From: Lama guanicoe
Taxonomy: Eukaryota
DNA length: 64,000 bases
NCBI GenBank assembly: GCA_013239625.1
Contig: MU053472.1
Span: 3,457,410 to 3,521,409, forward strand
Reading direction: 5' to 3'
Shown here: in pieces, positions 1-12,520 of the stretch
Layout of the letters: each line of letters starts with the position of its first letter
How positions within the stretch are numbered: position 1 is the first letter of the stretch
The notes under the pieces: model-generated
Database searches by the model: none
Seen by the model: only the letters and a program-made list of their open reading frames with translations
Told to the model about the DNA's origin: nothing
Made by a program: the position numbers and the translations under genes

Positions 1-29
1 GATTATGAATAATAAAAAATGTAAAAAAA

Positions 30-1330
30 AAATCACTATTTCCTTATGACTCACTACTATTTACTTCTAGCTCCAACTTCTCATCTGTACCCCAGGCCTC
101 TATTTTCTCTTGCTTACTCAACAACTCAACTTGGAAGTCTAATATATGTTCTAAACTTAATATGACTAAAGCCAAATTCTTGATTCCCGCTCCCAAACTG
201 ATCCTTCCACCATCTTCTCCATCTCAGCTAACGGCAACTCCATTTATTGACAAAAGCCTTCAAGTCACATCTGACTCCTCTTTCTCAGTCATACATCAGC
301 AGATACGGGTGACTTTCTTCTTCAAAACATATCCAGACTGTGACCACTTCTCACCATCACCACAGCTATCACCCTAGGGCATCTCCTGTGATAGTCAAAT
401 AGCTGGAATCTGCCTCTCCAAAGACTTATCACCTATTTCCCACACTGTAACCAAATAGATCAAACTCCAGACCAAAGTCAAACTTCAATGAAATGATGAA
501 TTCAGGCAACAATCATTAATGGATATCTGAGTCAACAGATGAAATTGTGACACTGTGGTTATGCAAGTGAACGTGCTTATTTTTTAGGGATGAAGTGTTG
601 TAGTATCTGCAACTTTCAAATGGCTCAGCAAAAATAGATGGATGGATAGACAGACAGACAGAGAGACAAAACAAATAAGACAAAATGTTAAGAGCTGCTG
701 AAACCAGGGGGTGGGTAAATGGACACTCTTTGTACCATTTTCTCAACTGTTCTGAATGTTCAGAAAATTTCATAATAAAAAGTTGGGAAGAAAAATGTAA
801 GTCAAATTATGCTCACTCAAAACCCAATGGCTTCCCATTACCTTCAAAGTAAAGTCAAACTTCTCACAGTGGTCTACAATGCCCTGAATAATTTTAATCT
901 TTCCCTATCCTCAACTTTTAGCCCTAACTCTCCCTATTGCTCAGTTCTTTACAAGCACACTGGCACCTTTTTCTCAAATATAACAGGCACTCAAGACCTA
1001 CACATGTGCTGTTCCTCTACCAGGAATTTCTCCTCTATCTGAAGGAAGTATATCCTCACTTCATATGAACACAACTCTACCTTATCCCTCTATTATGCAG
1101 CAGTCTCTTCCCCTTGGCATATTTTATGGCCCTTACTTTCATTTTTCTCCATAAACTCATCTAATCTGATATATTATATTTGTCTTTGTTCACTGTCTCT
1201 ATCCCCATAGTAGAATCCTCCATGAAGGCCAGGACTTAATCTGTTCATTGCTATATGTACAAAGGATAATATCTGGCACAGAGTAGAAAAATAACTAATA
1301 TTTGTTACATAAGAAGAAATGAGTGAATAA
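30..1330 (+). mobile_element. Degraded L2 LINE 3' region, interrupted at ~500-790 by an L1ME-like 3' end
   Basis: L2-like tracts (ctaaacttaatatgactaaagccaaattcttgatt; aaaacccaatggcttcccatta; ctaatatttgtt...aatgagtgaataa terminus); L1ME-like end ...aaattttcataataaaaagttgg at ~770-786. Confidence 0.7.
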
Positions 1331-1441
1331 AAAAATTGGAGGGCAAATGAGTAACCATAAAGAGAACTGTATTACAAAATTTAAAATGAAAAACTGAACA
1401 TAGAGGAGCCCACAATATTTTTCCTTATAAATAAATCCTTT

Positions 1442-1611
1442 GTTTTTTTTTTTTTTTGAGTAAAGGTAGATTTATTTAGAGAGATACATACTGCATAGAA
1501 CGTAAGGCAAGGAAAGAGGTGTGGGAGTTGGGTGCTCAGGTTAAAGTAAAAGCAGGTACACACTCCACAGAGTGCGGGCCATCTCCGAAGGGGAGGAAGC
1601 AAAAAAGGATC
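1442..1611 (-). mobile_element. Polyadenylated, retrotransposed ERV-LTR (R-region-like) fragment
   Basis: T15 at 1443-1457; minus-strand AATAAA (1471-1476) 13 nt upstream of the tail; flanking direct repeats taaatccttt (1432-1441)/taaatccatt (1612-1621); body ggagatggcccgcactctgtggagtgtgt resembles laurasiatherian ERV1 LTR R sequence. Confidence 0.7.
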
Positions 1612-2059
1612 TAAATCCATTATCTCGATCCTTATGCCTTTCATTCATTAGCAGTTCTCACAATGAAAAATAAAATAAAAATTCTCAGGTTCACAAGCTA
1701 AAATTTATACGGAAACATTCTTGGTCATTTCATGTATGAAATATCACTTTCATACAAAAAAGCCTAAAGCTTAGAAAACTAGAGGAAAAACTGATGATTC
1801 TGAAAAATGAAATTACAAAATAACAAACTGATCTGGATTATTTTAGTGTTAAAATAACCACTGATACTGAATTATAGAATAAGTATTTTTAATTCATTTT
1901 TTAAAAACTGTAACAATGGCTTCCTTTGGTTACTGAACTAGAGGCTGAATGACAGGGGTGAGAAAAAGACATTTTTTACTGTGTACCCATTTTTCTTTTA
2001 AATTTGTGTCATGTGCAACATTTTAAAATAATTTTTTTTAAATATTGTATGTAAACTTT

Positions 2060-3240
2060 AACTTCTGGCATGAGACTAGGTACTTAGACTAATTCTTCCA
2101 CTGAAAATAACTTAAAATGCTATTTAAAAATCTTCTTTAACACATCTATTAGTTAGCAAAAATTATGCAATACTCACACCAAAAAACTAATTGAAGACAG
2201 GGAGCATGCTGAAAAGTAAGATGAACACTGACACTGGTACTTTCCTTGAGAACATTTGCTGACTGGTGACCTAAGCTTTGATTTTCAGAGCTTAGATTGA
2301 TTTGAGCATCAAGAGACAAGGCCCAGAGTATTCCCAAAGTGGGGAATCTAACAAAATTTACCCTTTTAAAGGAGGGACTCCCCAAACCACCTACCCTCTA
2401 GGTAAAGGTAAACCGGAAATGCCACCCACTCCCAACTTCAAATGCTAGAAAAATCACCTGTTTTTTATTTATTTAATTTCTTGTTTGTTTGGAGGGAGGG
2501 AGGTAATTAGGTTTATTTATTAATTTTTTTCAGCAGAGGTACTGGGGATTGAACCCAGGACCTCATGCATGCTAAGCAGGTACTCTACCACTGAGCTATA
2601 CCTTTTCCCCTGAAAAAATCACCTGTTTTAAATCATAACATTAAGTGGAGATGGAAAAAAAAATTCCCCTCTGGCTTCATAACCTCAGTGTGGCTCACAC
2701 AAAGGACTGCAACCCACATTCACGCTCTCTGTAAAGTCTGAAAACATTTATGTTAAGAATTTAGTTGAAAGTTGTTCTACTGGTAATACCCCTAGGGCAC
2801 CCAACAGAAGCAAACTCAAAATCCTGCCTGGATAAATCCAAGCTTTATTCTAGGCCTGAAATAATTTTCCACATAACAATTCAAGGAAAATTATAGCTCA
2901 TGTGAAAATTACAAAGCACACATGGGTAAGAGTCAGTGGAAATAAAAGGTAACAGAACCACAAAATAAGACACGTGACCTATCATAATTAGGCTAGAAAA
3001 TAGTTCTATTTACTATGTTTTAAGATATAAAAGACCTGAAAATATAAGTAAAAAACAAACAGATCCAAAAAAAAAAAAATCAAGCCAAACATCTAGAAAT
3101 GAAAAATACAAACTCAATGGATGAGACTAAGAACAGAATAAATTCAGTTGAAATAAATACTATTAAGCTGGAATATAAATCTGAAAAAAAATTCTCTATA
3201 ATGCAACACACAGAAGCAAGAGATGAAAAATGTAACAGAG
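2060..3240 (+). mobile_element. Old L1M 5'UTR/ORF1 remnant (continues at 5395-5510 after a younger L1 insertion)
   Basis: A-rich ORF1-like sequence; ...gagatgaaaaatgtaacagag | ttaagagacatggaagatatag is contiguous across the younger L1. Confidence 0.65.
2465..2611 (-). mobile_element. Camelid tRNA-derived SINE (Vic-1-like)
   Basis: Reverse complement has A box tagctcagtgg and B box ggttcaatccc, followed by aaacctaattacctccc and an A-rich tail; TSD aaaaatcacctgtttt at 2449-2464 and 2614-2629. Confidence 0.9.
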
Positions 3241-5394
3241 CTCTTAGCCACAGCAATCAGACAAGAAAATAAACAAAAAGAAAGAAAGAAAAAGAAATAA
3301 AAGGGATACAAAATGGAAAAAAAAAAAGTAAATCTATCACTGTTTGCAGATATGATACTATATAAAGAAAATCCTAAAGACACCACCGAAATACTATTAG
3401 AGTAAATGAATTCAGTCAAGTCACAGGATACAATATCAATATACAGAAATCTGTTGCATTTCTATACATTAATAACAAATTATCGGGAAGAGAAATTAAG
3501 AAAACAATTCCATTTATAATTGCATCAAAAATAAAGAAAAAAATGCCCAAGAATAAAATACCTAAAAATAAATCTGACCAAGGAGGTAAAAAACTTGTAT
3601 TCTGAAGACTATAAGACATTTGATGAAAGAAACTGAAGACATTACAAATGGAAAGATATACCGTGCTCATGGATTGGAAGGATTAGTATTGTTAAAATGA
3701 CCATACTACTCAAGGCAATCTACAGATTCAATGCAATCCTTATCAAAACACCAAGGGCATTTTTCACATAACTAGAGCAAAGAATCCTAATATTTGTATG
3801 GAATCACAAAAGACCCTGAATAGCCAAAGCAATCTTAAGAAGGCAGAAGAAAGCTGGAGGCATCACACTCCCTGATTTCAAACTGTACTACAAAACTACA
3901 GTAATCAAAACAGTATGGTTCTGGAACAAAAACAGACACATAGATCAATGGAACAGAATAGAGAGCCCAGAAATAAGCCCACACTTACATGGTCGGCAAA
4001 AAAGGCAAGAATATAAAATGGGGAAAAGATAGCCTCTTCAATAAATGGTGCTGGGAAAACTGGACAGCTACATGTGAAAGAATCAAACCAGACCACTTTC
4101 TCACACCATATACAAAAATAAACTCAAAATGGATTAAACATTTAAATGTAAGACCTGAAATCAAAAAAATTCTAGAAGAAAACAGTCAGGACACTATTTG
4201 ACATCAGTCTTAGCAATACTTTTTTTGGATCTGTCTTCTCAGGGAAGGGAAGCAAAAGCAAAAATAAACAAATGGAATAACATCAAACTAAAAAGTTTTG
4301 CACAGTGAAGGGCACCATCAACAAAATGAAAAAGTAGCCTACTGAATGGGAGAAAATATTTGCAAATGATATATCCAATAAGGGGTTAATATCCAAAATT
4401 ACAAAGAACTCATACAACCCAATATCAAAAGAATCTGATTAGACAATGGGCAGAGAATCTGAACAGACATTTTTTCCAAAGAAGGTATACTGATGGCCAA
4501 CAGGTACATGAAAAGATATTCAACATCACTAATCATCACAGAAATGCAAATGAAAACCACAAAGAGATCATACTTCACATCTGTCAAAATGGCTATCACC
4601 AAAAAGTCCACAAATAACAAGTGTCAGTGAGGATGTGGAGAAAAAGGAATCTTCTTACACTATTGGTGGTGGTGTAAAATAGAACAGCCACTACAGAAAA
4701 CAGTATGTTGGTTCCTCAAAAAATTAAAAGTAGAACAGCCATGACCCTGCAATTTCACTTCTGAATATTTACCCAAAGAAAACAAAAACACTAATTCAAA
4801 AAAGATATATATGCACCCTAATCTAATGTTTACTGAAGCATTATTTACAGTAGCCAAGACATGGAAGCAACCTAAGTGTTCATTGATAGATGAATGGATA
4901 AAGAAAGCACACACACACACACACAATGGAATATTATTACTCAGCCATAAAAAAGTGGAATTTTGCTATTGCAACAACATGGGTGGATCTAGAGGGTATT
5001 ATGTTAAGTGAAGTAAGTTAGACTCAGAAAGACAAAAACCATATGAACTCACTTATATGTGGAATCTAAAAAATAAAACAAACAAAGCAAAATGAAAACA
5101 GACTTATAGATTCAGAGAAGAAATGGCTGGTTGCCAGAGGGAAGGTGGAGGGAGGGTGGGGGAATTAGATGAATGGGGTTAAGAAGTACAAACCTCCAAT
5201 TATAAAATAAATAAGCCATGTGGATGTAACATGCAGCATAAGGAGTATGGCCAATAATATTATAATAACTTTGTATAGGGACAGATGGTTAATAGACTTA
5301 GGGAGATCCTTTCATAGTGTATGCAAATGTCGAATCACTGTGTGGTAGATCTGAAACTAACATAGTATTGTACATCAACTATATTTCAATTTAA
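3241..5394 (+). mobile_element. 5'-truncated L1 (ORF2 RT/C-terminal part + 3'UTR), frameshifted
   Basis: ORF2 peptides [26 protein letters not shown] aaaaatgtaacagag (3226-3240)/aaaaatataagagag (5395-5409). Confidence 0.93.
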
Positions 5395-5789
5395 AAAAAT
5401 ATAAGAGAGTTAAGAGACATGGAAGATATAGAGAACAGGTCTAATATTCAGAGTTCCAGAAGGAGAGCGGAAACAATGAGGAAGAGGCATTATTTAAATA
5501 TATAAAGATTGAGTATTGGTTAGGTACATATATAAAATTGCTTTCATAAGAAACTGCTTCATCTTTTTTTCAAAATGGTTATTTCTGTCTCTTTGACATC
5601 TTTCCATCACTCTTTGAGCACCTTGTTACTTTTACGCACAAGATGTTCAAGAATCATCTTGTATATCCTTGCCCCAGCTTGGAATCAGCAACTCTTACAG
5701 TGAACTCTGGTTCCTCTTAGTGGATACTAGTATTTAGAAAACAGTGACTATATGTATATGTATATTTGTGTGGACACAAACACACATAC

Positions 5790-6866
5790 ACAGGCCAGAC
5801 TCTACACTGGGACAGGCTGAACCCTGGCCCTTGGGTGACAAGAGAGGAGTATACTGCTGGGACTCATAGGATGTCTCCCACAAAGGGCCACCTCTCCAAG
5901 GTCAAGACACGTAACTAACCCATCTAAAAATACAAATAGACAGACAATATGAGGCAGCAGAGGAACAGATCTCCCAGGCCAAGGCACAAGATAAATTCCC
6001 AGAAGAAGAAATAAATGATGAAGAGATAGGCAATTGATCCAAGAATTTAAAGAAATGATGGCAAAGATGTTCAGAGAACTCAAAGTATAGATGCAAAGAG
6101 TTGGAAAATATAAAGAATAATCAAACAGAGTTGAAGAATAAAATCACTGAAATGAATAACACACAAGAAGGAACCAAGAATAGACTAAATGAGGCAAAAA
6201 AATGGATCAGTGAGCTAGAAGACAGATTAGTGGAAACCACTACTGCAGAACAGAAAAAAGAAAAAATTATGAAAAGAAAATAAGATAGTTTAAGAGAACT
6301 CTGGGACAACATGAAGTGCACTAATATTCACATTATAGGGGTCCCAGAAAGAGGAGAGAGAAAGGACCTGAGGAAATTTTTGAAGAGATAATAACTGAAA
6401 ACTTCTCCAATTTGGGAAAGGAAATGGTCAGCCAAGTCCAGGAAGCACAGAGCATTCCACATAGGATCAATCCAAAGAGGAACACACCAAAGCACACAGT
6501 AATCAAACTGACAACAATTAAGGATAAGGAGAAAATATTAAAATTAGCAACAGAAAAGCAACAAATAACATACAAAAGAACTCCCATAAGGTTATCAGCT
6601 GATTTTTCAGCAGAAACTCTACAGGCCAGAAGGGAGTGGCATAATGTATTTAAAGTGATGAAGGGAAAAATTTACAACCAAGAATACTCTATCTAGCAAG
6701 GCTCTCATTCAGATTTGATGGCGAAATCAAAAGCTTCACAGAAAACAAAAGCTAATCGAATTCAGCACCACCAAACCAGCTTTACAACAAATGTTAAAAG
6801 AACTTCTGTAGTCATCAAATCATAAGAGAACAGAAAGGAGAAAGAGAAAAAAAAAAGCCCACGAAA
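5790..6866 (+). mobile_element. L1 5'UTR end + ORF1 remnant
   Basis: ORF1 peptides ISELEDRLVE, QVQEAQSIPHRINPKRNTPKH, PIRLSADFSAETLQARREW; multiple stops/frameshifts. Confidence 0.92.
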
Positions 6867-7160
6867 GACTGCTTTGCAATTAGGGGTCTTTTATGCTTCC
6901 ATATATATTTTGGAATTGGTTGTTCTAGTTCTGTGAAAAATGTCATGAGTATTTTGACAGTGGTTGCATTGGAACTGTAGATTGCTTTGGGTAGTACAGC
7001 CATTTTGATCATGCTGATTCTTCCAATCCAAGAGCATAAGATACTTTTCCATTTCTTTCATCATCTTCAATTTCCTTCATCAGTGTATTACAGTTTTCAG
7101 AGTATAGGTAACCTCCTTGGTTAAGTTTATTTCTAGGTATTTTGTTGTTTTAATGCAATG
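6867..7160 (-). mobile_element. Inverted L1 ORF2 fragment
   Basis: Minus-strand [10 protein letters not shown]...FFTELEQ. Confidence 0.88.
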
Positions 7161-7221
7161 GAAATGTTATGCCAGTTATAAAATTCTGGCTTTTGAAGTG
7201 AAAAAAAAAAAAGAATGAAGG

Positions 7222-8198
7222 GCTACAAATGGAAAATATCCTTTTTTTTTTTCAGGTGACTTGTATTCTATTACATATATATGCTTTATCTTCTTCACCC
7301 ATTCATCTATTCACGTGCACTTAGGATGCTTCCATATCTTGGCAATTATATTGTTGCTGTTAATAGCAGGGTATATGTATCTTTTTGAATTAATGTTTTT
7401 GTTTTTCTCAGATATATGTTCAGGAGTGCAATTGCTGGGCCATATGGTGGTTCTATTTTTAGGCTTTTGAGAAACCTCCATACTGTTTTCCATAGTGGCT
7501 GCACCAATTTACATTCCCACCAACAGTATACAAGGGCTCTCTTTGCTCTACATCTTTGCCAACATTTGTAATTTGTGATCTTTTTGATGATGGCCATTCT
7601 GACAGGTGTGAGATGATATTTCATCGTGATTTTGATTTGCATTTCCCTGATATAAGATGTTGAGCAACTTTTCATGTTCCGATTGGCCATATGCATTTTC
7701 TTTTGGAAAAATGTCTGTTCAGTTCCTCTGCCCATATTTTAAATGAGTTGTTTGTTTGTTTTTTAATTGAAGTACAGTTGATTTAAAATGTTGTATTAGT
7801 TTCTGGTGTACAGCATGGATGGACTTGGAGGGCATTATGCTAAGTGAAATAAGTCAGACAGAGAAAGACAAATACTGTAGGATATCACTTACATGTGGAA
7901 TCTAAAAAACTACAACAAACTAGTGAATATAATAGAAAAGAAACAGACTTACAGATATAGAGGAGGAACTAGTGGTTACCCCTGGGGAGAGGGAAAGGGG
8001 GAGGGGCTAGATGGAGGTGGAGGATTAAGAGGTACAAACTATCAGGTATAAAATAAGCTACAAGGGATTGTACAACACAGGGAAGATGGCCAATATTTTA
8101 TAATAACTATAAATGGAGTATAACCTTTAAAAATTTGTGAATCACTGTTGTATACCAATAACATATATTGTACAGTAACTATACTTCAACTTAAAAAA
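7222..8198 (+). mobile_element. L1 with 5' inversion (inverted ORF2 C-terminus 7222-~7760, sense 3' end 7813-8198)
   Basis: Minus-strand [30 protein letters not shown]; the sense part starts catggatggac, the sequence that follows the end of the inverted part (ccatttgtagc) in other L1 copies of this window. Confidence 0.85.
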
Positions 8199-8259
8199 TG
8201 ATATGGTAAAATACATAAGTAAATTTTTTTAATTACAAAAAATAATTATTTTGGATTCA

Positions 8260-10380
8260 TAATTTACCAAATGTTTACTGAATATCTTTCATGTGCCAAG
8301 TACTATTCTAGATTCTAAGGATGTAGCAGTGAACAAAAAGAAAAAAGGCCTCTTCTTTCTAGGAACTTAAGTTCATAATAGTATAAAGACATAAAAATAA
8401 ACACTAATTATTACAGTCAGGTGGTTTTGATAAGTGCTATGAAGGAAAAAATAAAGGCAGGATAAGGGACTAGAGACTGATGAGGATAGGGGTACACAGG
8501 GAGTTTGTGTACCCTCTGATATGATTAAACAGATATTGTAGACATCCATGTGAAAGCTTTCTAGGCAGAGGAATCAAAAGGTACAGAGACAGTGAGGTGA
8601 GAGATTGCTTAGCAGGTTTGAGGAACAGCAGAGAGATTTGCGTAACTCGGAGTAAAGTAAAAGGAGGAAAGTATAAGAAGACAAGGTCAGAGAGGTGGCA
8701 AGAAATTAAATCAAACAGGGCCTTATAGGCTATGGTCAGAATTTTGAATTTTTCCTTGAATGAAATAGAAAGGCAATAGAAGGTTTTGAGCAGAGGACAT
8801 CTGATTTATTTTTTAATGGATCACTCTGGATGCTGTATGGAAACTAGAGTTTGAAGAGAACAAGCTAGAAAAAGGGAGAGCAGTTTATAGGCTAACACAG
8901 TTGTCCAAGTGAGAAACGATGGCTCAGACCAAGGAGGTAATCTTGGAAACAGTAAGAAGTGGTCAGTTCCTGGATATATGTTGAAGGAAGAAACAATAGT
9001 ATTTGTTCATGTGGTATATGAGAGGAAAAGAGTCCAGGGATTTTGGCTTGAGCAATTAGAAGAATAAAATTGCTGTTTGCTAAGATGGAGAAGGCTTTGG
9101 GGAGAACAGGCTTAAAGGAAAAAATTAAGAGGTTGGTTTTGGGCACATTAAGATTGTGGCACCTATCAAAGTGGAAATACTGAGTATGTAGTTGGATAAA
9201 AAACCTGAAGTTCAGGGACCTAATGAAACTTACAAGCTTCTGCACAGCAAAGGACACCATAAGTAAAACAAAAAGACAACCTACGGAATGGGAGAAAATC
9301 CTTGCAAATGAAACCGACAAAAGCTTGATCTCCAGAATATATAAGCAGCTCATACGACTTAATAAGAAACAACCAAACAACTCAATCCAAAGATGGGCAA
9401 AAGACCTGAACAAGCAATTCTCCAAGGAAGACATACAAATGATCAATAAGCACATGAAAAAATGCTCAATATCACTATCAGAGAAATGCAAATCAAAACT
9501 TACAACGAGGTATCATCTCACACCAGTCAGAATGGCCATTATTCAAAAATCCACAAATGACAAATGCTGGAGAGGCTGTGAAGAAAGGGGAACCCTCCTA
9601 CACTGCTGGTGGGAATGCAATTTGGTGCAGCCACTGGAAAACAGTATGGAGATTCCTCAAAAGACTAGGAATAGACTTACCATATGACCCAGGAATCCTG
9701 CTCCTGGGCTTATATCCAGAAGGAACCCTACTTCAGGATGACACCTGCAACCTAATATTCATAGCAGCACTATTTACAATAACCAAGACATGGAAACAGC
9801 CTAAATGTCCATCAATGGATGACTGGATAAAGAAGATGTGGTATATTTATAGAATGGAATACTATTCAGCCATAAAAACCGACAACATAACGCCATTTGC
9901 AGCAACATGGATGCTCCTGGAGAATGTCATTCTAAGTGAAGTAAGCCAGAAAGAGAAAGAAAAATACCGTATGAGATCGCTTATATGTGGAATCTAAAAC
10001 AAACAAACAAACAAACAAAACATAAATACAAACAGAAACAGACTCATAGACATAGAATACAAACTTGTGGTTTCCAAGGGGGCAGGTGATGGGAAGGGAT
10101 AGACTAGAATTTCAAAATGTAGAATAGATAAACAAGATTATACTGTACAGCACAGGGAAATATATACAAGATCTTATGGTAGCTCACAAAGAAAAAAATG
10201 TGACAATGAATATATATATGTTCATGTATAACTGAAAAATTGTGCTCTATACTGCAATTTGATAAAACATTGTAAAATGATTATAAATCAATAAAAAATG
10301 TTAAAAAAAACTGAAGTTCAGAAGAGAGGTATGACTGGAGATACAAATTAAAGCATTAACTGTATATGAGTGCTATCCAT
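8260..10380 (-). mobile_element. L2 fossil split by a young L1 at 9216-10303
   Basis: aaatgtttactgaatatctttcatgtgccaag start; ggttttgagcagagga; ctgaagttcag...gactggagatacaaatt continuing after the L1. Confidence 0.8.
9216..10303 (+). mobile_element. Young 5'-truncated L1 (ORF2 C-terminus + 3'UTR)
   Basis: ORFs 9223-9687 and 9557-9997 ending ENVILSEVSQKEKEKYRMRSLICGI*; TSD aaaaa(c/a)ctgaagttcag at ~9198-9215 and ~10304-10321; retains CpGs. Confidence 0.95.
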
Positions 10381-11528
10381 AGAACAGTTTTACAATTACT
10401 ATCAATACATACAATGAAAACATTTTTTTCTTACATTGTGGAGTATTGATCTCTTGTTCTCTTCTGACATCTTCTTGTTAAATAATTATTTTCATCCTCA
10501 CTTCTTATTATTTTTAAGAATTTAAAATTGTCAGAAGGCTTTTATCTATAGCATTGTCAGTCTCATCAGCTTCTGACAACTATCTTCCCAAACTATAAGC
10601 GGATATTTAAAATGTGTAATATGCAGCCCTTAATTGTTGAAATGTTGGATATAATTTAAGAGATGCAGGCCATTCACCAGAGATGGAAAAGTTTGCATTA
10701 TGAATTTAAAATATAACAGTTCAGTCAGATATGGATTTATGAAATCATTATCAGCCATGGCCTAAGTGTTTATGTGTTCTTTTCGGTTCATTTTAGTTTT
10801 TCATTTTTTTATTCTAATGAAAGGAAATGTGAATTTTCAATTCATGTACTTCAAAGCTATTGGAATCATTATTAGAAGAAATATAAATGTTAGAAAAAAG
10901 TCTTCACAAAATAGTAAATAGTACAACTCACTTGCTCTACTTTTCTATAAAGACTAACCATATATAGCAGCATGACTTTAAGGATACTACCTGTTTCTTT
11001 TTCATTATAAGGAACTAATTTGTGTGGGGGGTTTTCTATGTTTTTGCTCATTGGAATCACTTTGGGAAAGTAACAGTTCAGTTCTGTTAACTGATTGAGG
11101 AAACCACTAAAACTCATCCTAGAATTTTTCTACTGCACAGTTTTTACCATACTGCTTTTGCAATTTAGCCACAGAAATACCTTGCAGAAATAACTAAATC
11201 AGTAAAATTATGCCACATCTGCTTCTATAAATTTCTACTGCATCTCTTAAGTGGTTGCAAGTATTCGGCCATCTTTAAGCGAGGACTTTTTGCCCCTACT
11301 AGAAACCTCAAAATACCTCATAATACCATGCTACTTAAAGACTTTAGAGATTATAAGTATACATAATAAGCTGTGAGTTATCTTCATTATAGTTAATTAT
11401 CCATTACTTATTCAAGACAAGGTATTATGCTATGTATATCTAATCAAAGTAGTCACTGGTTCCCATCAATAAATTTTATTCAAAGAAATATTTTCTTAAC
11501 TAGTGAATACATATAAATGTACACACAC

Positions 11529-12164
11529 ACAGTTCTCATTATTCACAATACTTGTGTTCAATAAAGTCACCACAAACACTGAATTAGTGAATAATGATCC
11601 ATTTTTTCCTAGGGGAAGTTTCCTGTGAGGCTCTGGTCACAACATTTTCATCAACCAATCAATACAACCTTGTTTTATGTGTGTTTCTGTGTAAAGAAAT
11701 CTTAATTAATATATTGTTGATTCATTAACATTGAACTCACAGCCAACAGCAGTAAAATTTATGCCTGAATGAAGGTTACTGAATACATGTATTTTATCTA
11801 TAAGGCACAACACAACCTTCTTGTGCTTAAGAATACTATTTAGTACTTCAGCACTATGCTTAGGGACCATTTTAAACAGCAAAATCACCAACATAAAGCA
11901 CAAAAATGGAAAAAGCATAACACAAAATAGACTGAAAAGGACACTTTTTTACAACATGTAAGCTAAAGGAAGAAGGCAGAGTGGTGAGCATTGCCTTGTT
12001 TGACCTCAGCTAGGAATGCGTGCTTCAAGCAACTCAAACTTCTTGTCACTCTGTGTATGTCCATGAATGATTGTGAAAGTATTGACTCAGGGTTACAAAT
12101 AGATTTTAGTCCATATGTAGGTGGATTTGCAAATATAGATTCTATGAATAATGTGGACCTAATA
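11529..12164. mobile_element. MER82-like TcMar-Tigger non-autonomous DNA transposon, near full length
   Basis: Degenerate terminal inverted repeats (TIRs) ttctcattattcac / tatgaataatgtggac; internal sequence matches remembered MER82 consensus. Confidence 0.8.
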
Positions 12165-12179
12165 TATACATATATAGTT

Positions 12180-12520
12180 TTCATTCCTGCCTGAAACATG
12201 TTTTCCTTTCTTTTCTATCTATTGACAACCTACTCATTATTCAAGTTGCATCTCAAACATCATCCTATCTCTGAAACCTTCCCCAGCTCTCAGACATAAT
12301 TAGCCTTCCCTCCAATACTCATTTGGTGATCTTATATCAATTTGTACATTTCTTTTTATAACATTTATTACATTTTATGTTAATATTTTTCAGGATTCTT
12401 TAGACTATGAGCTCATTAATAACAGGGACCCTTTCTCATTCGTTTCTGTGTCCTTAGTAATTATCACAGGGTCTGTCACATAGTTGAAATTAAATACATT
12501 TTTATTAAATGAATCAATTA
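12180..12520 (+). mobile_element. L2 3' end
   Basis: tagactatgagctc...cagggacc...taaatacatttttattaaatgaat. Confidence 0.7.

Noticed and set aside
9223..9997. Overlapping 154-aa and 146-aa ORFs, plus the 199-aa antisense ORF 8892-9491
   Set aside because: Frameshifted L1 ORF2 C-terminus of a truncated copy; the antisense ORF is an L1/L2 shadow
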